This document shows, piece by piece, positions 7,998 to 13,770 of a stretch of DNA of 55,827 nt. The notes under the pieces are model-generated. The model saw only the letters and a list, made by a program, of their open reading frames with translations, searched no databases and was not told the origin of the DNA. This stretch comes from Patescibacteria group bacterium (lineage in GTDB: Bacteria; Patescibacteriota; Patescibacteriia; Patescibacteriales; UBA12465). How positions within the stretch are numbered: position 1 is the stretch's first letter; each line of letters begins with the position of its first letter. The stretch lies in assembly GCA_027858435.1 (NCBI GenBank), contig JAQICS010000038.1, forward strand, positions 1 through 55,827. Direction: 5' to 3'. Position numbers and translations under genes: made by a program.

Positions 7998-9137
7998 TCA
8001 AGAATAAATAACATCATCAATTGGTAATTTCTGTTTAATATTAAGAAACGATCTTAATTCTGGCTCATTAATACCTCCCTCAAAATAATTAGAAACTACT
8101 AAATCTTTAAAAATATTAGAAACAATCGGCTTAGGAACACCAAAAACAGCAATTCCCAAATCCTTATTTTTATCTTTTTCTATTTTTTCCCTTATTTTAT
8201 TTATACGAATATTATTATTAATTTCATCCATTATTACTTTATATCCGTCTCTGCTAATTTTGTTGGTAAATAATAAATTTGTATAAATAGATTTATAACT
8301 TAATTTTGTTTTATTATAAATATTTGCTATCTCCACCTTATAGAAATCATTATTTTTATTCGCGCTCTCCAACTCATTTATTAATCCCCTTTCATCTCCA
8401 AGTAAAAAATAGTAGGCGAAGGAATGACACCAATTCTCAACATCACTATTGCTGGCAAAGAGTTTATCATCATCGTCGTCGTCAACTTCTTCAACATTTA
8501 ATAAGTAGTGAGCAAATTCATGCATTAATGTAAAAATTTCTCTTCTCAAATATTTTTGTTGTCTTTTAACTACTATAATATTTGGGGATATAAAGAAACC
8601 ATTAAATGACACCTTATCTTTTTTTGTTGGCATTTCTAGATGCTCAAATATAAAAATATTTAATTCCTCTAACACCCTAATTAAATTAACTAAATATGTT
8701 TTATCGTCCCGACTATTTTTAATAACTCCTTTAGCAACTAAAGCTCTTTTAGTAATATTAAACTCATTAAACATTTTTTCTGCCACCAAAACAGGGTTAT
8801 CTTTTACTGAATACCGCTCTTTAATTTTATCCTTTAAATCAAAATTTATATATTTACTTAAGGCCTCAATTTGGAATTTTAGATCTTCATATCTAGTTAC
8901 GACCTTTTTTGAATAAAAATCAAAATCAGTATTAAATTTTTCCTTTCTAAAAAATATACTGCGCTTTTTTCTATCAGGAGCGCCACCTTTACCAGTGACC
9001 CAAGTTAAACCACAATCAAAAACCTTATCTATTCTCTTTAACCAATTAACACCAATCCCCTCATTTTTATCTATAATCTCGCTCAGAGCCTCTTGGGTCA
9101 TTAAATCCCGCTTTAAACCCTTGTTTAATAATTCCAA
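7998..9137 (-). CDS. ImmA/IrrE-family zinc metallopeptidase (COG2856-like) with a long N-terminal region
   Basis: HEXXH motif in LMHEFAHYLL. The annotated start is TTG. The frame stays open for 37 more codons upstream, and an ATG at 9224-9226 is out of frame across an A8 run (see findings). Confidence 0.75.
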   Translation of the reverse strand: MELLNKGLKRDLMTQEALSEIIDKNEGIGVNWLKRIDKVFDCGLTWVTGKGGAPDRKKRSIFFRKEKFNTDFDFYSKKVVTRYEDLKFQIEALSKYINFDLKDKIKERYSVKDNPVLVAEKMFNEFNITKRALVAKGVIKNSRDDKTYLVNLIRVLEELNIFIFEHLEMPTKKDKVSFNGFFISPNIIVVKRQQKYLRREIFTLMHEFAHYLLNVEEVDDDDDDKLFASNSDVENWCHSFAYYFLLGDERGLINELESANKNNDFYKVEIANIYNKTKLSYKSIYTNLLFTNKISRDGYKVIMDEINNNIRINKIREKIEKDKNKDLGIAVFGVPKPIVSNIFKDLVVSNYFEGGINEPELRSFLNIKQKLPIDDVIYS

Positions 9138-9332
9138 AAAACTATCTATAGGTAATTCATATAAATCTAATAGATAAGATAATCTTTCAGGATTAATAAA
9201 AAAATTGTCTCGCTCTTTTTTTTCATTTTGATAACTTGATAAATAGAGTTAACTTAAATTTAAAAAATATTAAATTCTCAAAAAATAAATAACATAACCT
9301 TAATCACCACTAACTTAATAATATTATATCAT

Positions 9333-9341
9333 TTTTAACAA
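9333..9341 (-). promoter_or_regulatory. extended -10 promoter (TGATATAAT) for the ImmA/DUF4411 operon
   Basis: The reverse complement of attatatca at 9333-9341 is TGATATAAT, about 100 nt upstream of the ATG at 9226. Confidence 0.3.
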
Positions 9342-9443
9342 TAGTTTCCAATGAATATATAGTGTCTAAAAATCAACTTCTTAATAGACTAAAATTTTTT
9401 TAAATTATTAGACCATCACAAGCTTCACATACCCACCTCCTCA

Positions 9444-9476
9444 ACTATAGCAAATGCCCCCTCAAGAAAAGATAAA
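9444..9476. repeat. 33-bp element, copy 1 (ACTATAGCAAATGCCCCCTCAAGAAAAGATAAA)
   Basis: 32/33 identical to 11225-11257 in the same orientation. Confidence 0.9.
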
Positions 9477-9516
9477 GATAAAAGTAAAAAAAGATAAAAA
9501 ACAAGCCACAAATTTT

Positions 9517-9544
9517 TTGATAATTAAATAAATTATGCTATAAT
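9517..9544 (+). promoter_or_regulatory. sigma-70 promoter with extended -10 (TTGATA, 16 nt, TGcTATAAT)
   Basis: TTGATA at 9517-9522, TG at 9536-9537, TATAAT at 9539-9544. Confidence 0.45.
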
Positions 9545-9550
9545 TATAAT

Positions 9551-9647
9551 TCTTCTAAACGAAGTTGAAATAGGAAGTATGCCTTATGGCATATCTTGTA
9601 ACCATACCTTTTCTTAAAAGTTGTTGAGGATATCAACAGCTTTTTTT
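9551..9647 (+). ncRNA. candidate ~100-nt small RNA (cassette 1)
   Basis: Bounded by the promoter above and an intrinsic terminator. Contains an ATGCC-ttat-GGCAT hairpin. It has no credible ORF; only a 12-codon ATG frame with a badly spaced SD. Confidence 0.3.
9620..9647 (+). terminator. intrinsic terminator of cassette 1
   Basis: GTTGTTGA-ggata-TCAACAGC (8 bp, one G-U pair) followed by T7. Confidence 0.65.
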
Positions 9648-9668
9648 ATTGTAGAATTTATAAGGAGG

Positions 9669-9892
9669 CTTAGCCAGAAACAGATGGCGGAGCTGTTCGG
9701 CTGTAGTACCGATAATATCGGTTTGCATTTAAAAAATGTGATTTTGAAGGAGAACTAGCTGAAAATCAAACTGCCGAGGATTTCTCGGTAGTTCAAAAAG
9801 AAGGGAGTAAGGAAGATCGTGTAAATTCTCTTCGTGGCACTCAATTCCGGATCTGGGCAACCCAGAAACTCAAAGAATATATTATCAAATAG
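9669..9892 (+). pseudogene. decayed RhuM-family gene fragment
   Basis: Frame 1 reads LSQKQMAELFGCSTDNIGLHLKNV then a stop. A shifted frame continues FEGELAENQTAEDFSVVQKEGSKEDR-VNSLRGTQFRIWATQKLKEYIIK then a stop. It is collinear with residues about 55-130 of the intact copy at 10098-11144, but frameshifted, internally deleted and 3'-truncated. Confidence 0.65.
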
Positions 9893-10028
9893 TTTTCATT
9901 AATTGATAAACTAAAGCAGCCCGATTTTCAGGGACATTTTCACCCACCTTTTCACCCACATTTTCACCCAACTTTTCAGGGACATTTTTATATTCTTTTT
10001 TTAATTCATTGAGCTCAGTATTATTCAT
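9885..10028 (-). CDS. 47-codon ORF, probably a remnant of a tetrapeptide-repeat/wHTH regulator
   Basis: MNNTELNELKKEYKNVPEKLGENVGEKVGENVPENRAALVYQLMKTI. ATG at 10026-10028 and TGA at 9885-9887. The tetrapeptide repeats followed by a short helix resemble the pre-HTH segment of COG2865/Fic-associated regulators, but the ORF stops after it. Confidence 0.25.
   Translation of the reverse strand: MNNTELNELKKEYKNVPEKLGENVGEKVGENVPENRAALVYQLMKTI
9925..9984. repeat. 5 x 12-bp tandem repeat (TTTTCAGGGACA / TTTTCACCCAnn x3 / TTTTCAGGGACA)
   Basis: Read directly from the sequence. On the minus strand it encodes VPEN/LGEK/VGEN-type tetrapeptide repeats. Confidence 0.9.
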
Positions 10029-10052
10029 AAATTAACTTTTAATTTTTATTAA

Positions 10053-10084
10053 GGGACTCTTTGAAAAAAGAGTTCCGTTTTTTT
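10053..10084 (+). terminator. strong intrinsic terminator (plus-strand sense), also positioned just after the RhuM stop
   Basis: GGGACTCTTT-gaaa-AAAGAGTTCC (10 bp, one G-U pair) followed by gT7. On the minus strand the stem has an A-C mismatch and no U-run. Confidence 0.65.
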
Positions 10085-10097
10085 ATTCATAATCTCG

Positions 10098-11144
10098 TCA
10101 AGAATTCTTTTTCTTTTTCTGTGGTCCTAATACTTTTTTAACTTCGCGATCAAAGTCAGAAATATAATCTTTGTCTTGGACAATTTTAAATTTTTCATAT
10201 TCCTTAAGCGCTAATTCTTCAGCCACTTCATGGCTCACTTTCCCCAAATCTTGCAAAATTGTATTCTCGCTAAATCGCAAAAAACTGTCTAACTTTTTCA
10301 CCCAGTCTTTCATATTCATTATTCTACCTCTGCGTGCCTGACTTTCCGCAAACACCAAATACATTTCGACTATTCTGTTTAATTCGTCCATTTCACTTTC
10401 ATTCAAATAATTTTTAGCAATTGCAACATCTGTTTCTCGAATCTTACCTTTGGGAGAATTTTTCCAAACCGTCAGTCCCATATTTTCTTTTGTGCTATCT
10501 ACTCTCTCGTTTATTATTTCCGCGGCCGTTTTACCGGTAATGGCAAAATGGAGTTTGTTTTGCACGGTTGCAAAAAATTTCTTAGTTATTTCCCCGTCTG
10601 AACTATAATCGGCGCTACATTGAGAGTATATATCGGTAATTTTCTGATACATTCTTCTTTCGCTTGAACGAATATCTCTAATTCTTGCCAATTGCTCCTC
10701 AAAATAATCCTTGCCAAAAATATTGTTGGGATTTTTTAATCGCTCATCATCCATTGTAAAACCCTTAATAATATATTCTTTTAAGCGTTCCGTTGCCCAG
10801 ATGCGAAATTGTGTTGCTTGGGATGAATTTACGCGATAACCAACCGAGATAATCGCATCAAGGTTATAAAAATTAGTTTCATATTTTTTGCCATCATTAG
10901 CAGTTATTCGAATTTTTCGAATAACTGAATTTTCGCTTAATTCTGCACTTTTAAAGATCTCTTTTAGATGATAATTTATTGTATTAATTTCCACATCAAA
11001 AAGTTCGGCCATTCTTTTTTGGGTCAGCCACACAGTTTCATCGCGCAAAAAAATCTCTACTTTAACTTTGCCATTTGGCGTAGTATATAGAAGAAATTCC
11101 GTAAAACCATTATTTGAAACAATCTGCTTATTTGTTTTTTTCAT
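10098..11144 (-). CDS. rhuM: RhuM-family virulence-associated protein
   Basis: MAELF...INYHLKEIF...YNLDAIISVGYRVNS..ATQFRIWATERLKEYIIKGF...RIRDIRSSERRMYQKITDIY are typical RhuM-family blocks. The start is trimmed from the TTG at 11189 to the ATG at 11142-11144, because the extension covers its own promoter. Confidence 0.8.
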   Translation of the reverse strand: MKKTNKQIVSNNGFTEFLLYTTPNGKVKVEIFLRDETVWLTQKRMAELFDVEINTINYHLKEIFKSAELSENSVIRKIRITANDGKKYETNFYNLDAIISVGYRVNSSQATQFRIWATERLKEYIIKGFTMDDERLKNPNNIFGKDYFEEQLARIRDIRSSERRMYQKITDIYSQCSADYSSDGEITKKFFATVQNKLHFAITGKTAAEIINERVDSTKENMGLTVWKNSPKGKIRETDVAIAKNYLNESEMDELNRIVEMYLVFAESQARRGRIMNMKDWVKKLDSFLRFSENTILQDLGKVSHEVAEELALKEYEKFKIVQDKDYISDFDREVKKVLGPQKKKKNS

Positions 11145-11171
11145 ATTTTTTATTTTTAAGCCTTTTCCGTT

Positions 11172-11181
11172 ATTATAGCAT
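11172..11181 (-). promoter_or_regulatory. extended -10 promoter (ATGCTATAAT) of the RhuM gene
   Basis: The reverse complement of attatagcat at 11172-11181, about 28 nt upstream of the ATG. Confidence 0.4.
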
Positions 11182-11224
11182 AAAGTCAATGATAATAATT
11201 TAAAATAAAGATGCTGTTTTTATT

Positions 11225-11257
11225 ACTATAGCAAATGCCTCCTCAAGAAAAGATAAA
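11225..11257. repeat. 33-bp element, copy 2 (ACTATAGCAAATGCCTCCTCAAGAAAAGATAAA)
   Basis: 32/33 identical to 9444-9476. Confidence 0.9.
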
Positions 11258-11276
11258 ATAAATGAGAACACCCTCC

Positions 11277-11304
11277 TTGATTTTTCCTAAAAATATGCTA
11301 TAAT
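11277..11304 (+). promoter_or_regulatory. sigma-70 promoter with extended -10 (TTGATT, 16 nt, TGcTATAAT)
   Basis: TTGATT at 11277-11282, TG at 11296-11297, TATAAT at 11299-11304. It has the same ATGCTATAAT decamer as cassette 1 and the RhuM promoter. Confidence 0.45.
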
Positions 11305-11310
11305 AACATT

Positions 11311-11390
11311 ACAATTGACCTAGTGGTTTATTCCTGCAGAATAAACTTTCAAGCTAGGTCCCCGAGGACCCCTTTTGGGGTCCGTTTTTT
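11311..11390 (+). ncRNA. candidate ~80-nt structured small RNA (cassette 2)
   Basis: Contains no ATG. Nested hairpin GACCTAG-tg-GTTTATTC-ctgca-GAATAAAC-tttcaag-CTAGGTC (11317-11360), followed by a GC-rich terminator hairpin. Confidence 0.35.
11366..11390 (+). terminator. intrinsic terminator of cassette 2
   Basis: GGACCCC-tttt-GGGGTCC followed by gT6. Confidence 0.75.
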
Positions 11391-11541
11391 ATTCAAAGTA
11401 TTGGCTTATTTTTTTCTTAATTTCCACAAAATCCCTCTTATCAATTACACCTATCTTTCTAAATAATCTTTTACTGCTCAATAATCTTATTTGAGAAATT
11501 ATTACGGAAACAAATTCTCGGCGACTAAAAATAAACTTATA
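11389..11541 (-). pseudogene. C-terminal remnant of a MazF/PemK-type toxin gene
   Basis: The minus-strand frame reads ..YKFIFSRREFVSVIISQIRLLSSKRLFRKIGVIDKRDFVEIKKKISQYFE then a stop. This resembles the ..SVILLEQIRTIDKQRL..KI..L......V.. C-terminus of MazF/EndoA. There is no start codon and no N-terminal half, because an upstream in-frame stop lies right after hisS. Confidence 0.4.
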
Positions 11542-11596
11542 ATAATAAGTTTTTTTTGTATTTAAATATTTAAAAATATAAATTATTTAAATATCT

Positions 11597-12877
11597 TTAA
11601 ATTTTATAACTTTCTTCCTTGCCACCTATTAAGTCTTTCACTTTATATTCTCCTTTTTGCTTTTCTTCATTTCCAAAAATAACAACCTTGTTTATCTTTT
11701 TATTTTCGGCGAACTTAAAAGCTTTAGATATTTTTTGTTCCTCATAGCCAAGCAGTATATTCTTTGAATTAGCTCTCATTTTTTTAGCTAAATTTCTTGT
11801 CTCTTTAATTAAATTCTCATCAATAATTGGTAAATAATATAGATTGTCTTTATCATTAGCCATTTTATCAAATAAGTTCCAGCTTTCTAAAAACAATTTA
11901 GTAGTTTCATCACCAGGGGCAAAACCTAAAGCCGAAAAATTCTCCTCTCCGAAAATACTTCCCAGTCCATTATATCTTCCTCCTCCAAAAATTGTCCTTC
12001 TGTTTTCTTTATGTAGATCAAATACTTCAAAGACAAGGCCGTTATAATAATCAAAACCCCTAATAATTGAAGGATCAAAAACTATATAGTCTTTATACCC
12101 ATCATTTTCAATTTTTTTAATAACTTCTTTTAATTGTTTATAAACATCCTTTAACTCTTCACTGCTCTCAACTATATCTAAAAAACCCTTCTCTTTATCA
12201 CCACCAATAAATGAGTTTATTTTTTTAATATCATCTTGCTTAAAACCTAGATCTAATAAAGCTTTATCAAAATCTGGCTTTTTTAATTTATCCTTCTTAT
12301 CAAGAAGTCTCATTGTTTGAGTTTTCTTTTCTTCTTTGACATTTAAAGCATTAAAAAAAGCTTCAAGTAGTCTTCTATCACTTAATTTTAAAACAAAAGA
12401 TTCTTTAGGAGAGCCAAACTCAAGCATGATATCTATAGCCATCTCAATCATTTCAATATCAGATAATATATTATCTGTTCCAAAAATATCACAATTTAAT
12501 TGCCAAAATTCACGGTTTCTTCCGCGTTGTGGTTTTTCATTTCTAAAAAAATTAGCAATTGAAAAAAATTTAATAGGCTTAGGAGTTGTTCTATATATCT
12601 TGGAAACCAATCTCGCTACTGAGGGAGTCATCTCCGGTCTAACCGCTAACTCTCTATTTCCTAAATCCTTAAAAATTAAAAGCTCTTTTCCGCCTACGTC
12701 TTCACCGGATTTTGCTCGATAAACATCAGCTTGTTCAAAAAGTGGGGTTAAATATTCCTCAAAACCATATTTAAGGCAAACTTTGCGCCAAGTGTCAAAA
12801 ATATACTTACGCTTAGCATATTCATCCGGCAACCAATCGGCGCTACCTTTAATTTCTTGATTAGATAATTTCTTCAT
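11597..12877 (-). CDS. hisS: histidine--tRNA ligase
   Basis: 426 aa with class II motifs RPEMTPSVARL and FRNEKPQRGRNREFWQLNCDIFG. Confidence 0.9.
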   Translation of the reverse strand: MKKLSNQEIKGSADWLPDEYAKRKYIFDTWRKVCLKYGFEEYLTPLFEQADVYRAKSGEDVGGKELLIFKDLGNRELAVRPEMTPSVARLVSKIYRTTPKPIKFFSIANFFRNEKPQRGRNREFWQLNCDIFGTDNILSDIEMIEMAIDIMLEFGSPKESFVLKLSDRRLLEAFFNALNVKEEKKTQTMRLLDKKDKLKKPDFDKALLDLGFKQDDIKKINSFIGGDKEKGFLDIVESSEELKDVYKQLKEVIKKIENDGYKDYIVFDPSIIRGFDYYNGLVFEVFDLHKENRRTIFGGGRYNGLGSIFGEENFSALGFAPGDETTKLFLESWNLFDKMANDKDNLYYLPIIDENLIKETRNLAKKMRANSKNILLGYEEQKISKAFKFAENKKINKVVIFGNEEKQKGEYKVKDLIGGKEESYKI

Positions 12878-13059
12878 ATTTATACATTAAATAGGCAAAA
12901 CCATTGCCAATACCTTTATATATTATCATTATCTTAAATAACTATCAAGAAAATAAAATAATTTATATATAATTTCAATATTCAATTTATATTATTTTTA
13001 AACAAAATTAAAGACTAATATATTACAATATTTTTATATTATTATTAAAATATAAAAAT

Positions 13060-13752
13060 ATGAAAATTCTATTAATTGAAGATGAGCAAGAGATTGCTTC
13101 ATTTGTTAAAAAAGGTCTAGAGAAAGAAATGTATTTAGTGGAGATTGAAAAAGATGGTGAAGAAGGTTCTTTTAAAGCTAGAACCAGTAGTTATGATTTA
13201 ATCATTCTTGACTACGTCTTACCAAAGCTAAATGGGAATCTAGTTTTAAAAGAAATTAGAGAGGATAATAATCACACCCCCGTACTTTTTCTAACAATTA
13301 AGAAAGAGTTAAATTTTAAAAAAGAATGTTTTGAAATGGGGGCTGATGATTATCTTCCCAAACCTTTTCTTTTAGATGAGCTAATCTTTAGAGTAAAAGC
13401 TTTGCTTAATCGTCCTAAAAAGATAAAAGAAAATGTATTAAAAATAGATAACCTTATCCTTGATTGCGTCTCTGGAACAGTTAAACGTGAGAACAAGGAA
13501 TTATATTTAACTAAAAAAGAATTTTCACTTTTAGAATTCTTTTTCTTAAATAGAGATAGGATTGTTTCTCGTAGTCAAATACTTGAAAACGTCTGGGACT
13601 ATAATGCTGATCCTTTTTCTAATTCCATTGAAACTCATATTGCTAGTCTGAGAAAAAAATTAAAACCAAGAAGATTAGCTAAAAACAAAAGCCGCGAACT
13701 AATTCATACCTTTAGTGGTCGCGGCTATAAAATGTCTGTGAATAAGTATTAA
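13060..13752 (+). CDS. OmpR-family response regulator (receiver plus winged-helix)
   Basis: MKILLIEDE...DLIILDYVLPKLNG...LPKPF receiver motifs. C-terminal LTKKEFSLLEFF...SR..I...VW winged helix. There is no histidine kinase in the window. Confidence 0.85.
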   Translation: MKILLIEDEQEIASFVKKGLEKEMYLVEIEKDGEEGSFKARTSSYDLIILDYVLPKLNGNLVLKEIREDNNHTPVLFLTIKKELNFKKECFEMGADDYLPKPFLLDELIFRVKALLNRPKKIKENVLKIDNLILDCVSGTVKRENKELYLTKKEFSLLEFFFLNRDRIVSRSQILENVWDYNADPFSNSIETHIASLRKKLKPRRLAKNKSRELIHTFSGRGYKMSVNKY

Positions 13753-13770
13753 TTATTTCTATTATAATAA

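Noticed and set aside
9586-9624. 12-codon ATG ORF (MPYGISCNHTFS) inside cassette 1 as a type I toxin-like peptide
   Set aside because: It has no hydrophobic helix, the SD-like AGGAAG is only 1 nt from the ATG, and it is too short to support.
11145-11189. TTG-initiated 15-codon N-terminal extension of the RhuM ORF, with similar TTG/GTG extensions on rplN, rplX, rplW and asnS
   Set aside because: The extension covers the gene's own ATGCTATAAT promoter box. For the r-proteins and asnS, the internal ATG restores the canonical N-terminus and length.
7340-11596. Prophage, integrative element, retron or DGR interpretation of the island
   Set aside because: No integrase, transposase, reverse transcriptase, capsid or terminase-like ORF is present, and no tRNA attachment site. 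Only the 33-bp direct repeat hints at past mobility.
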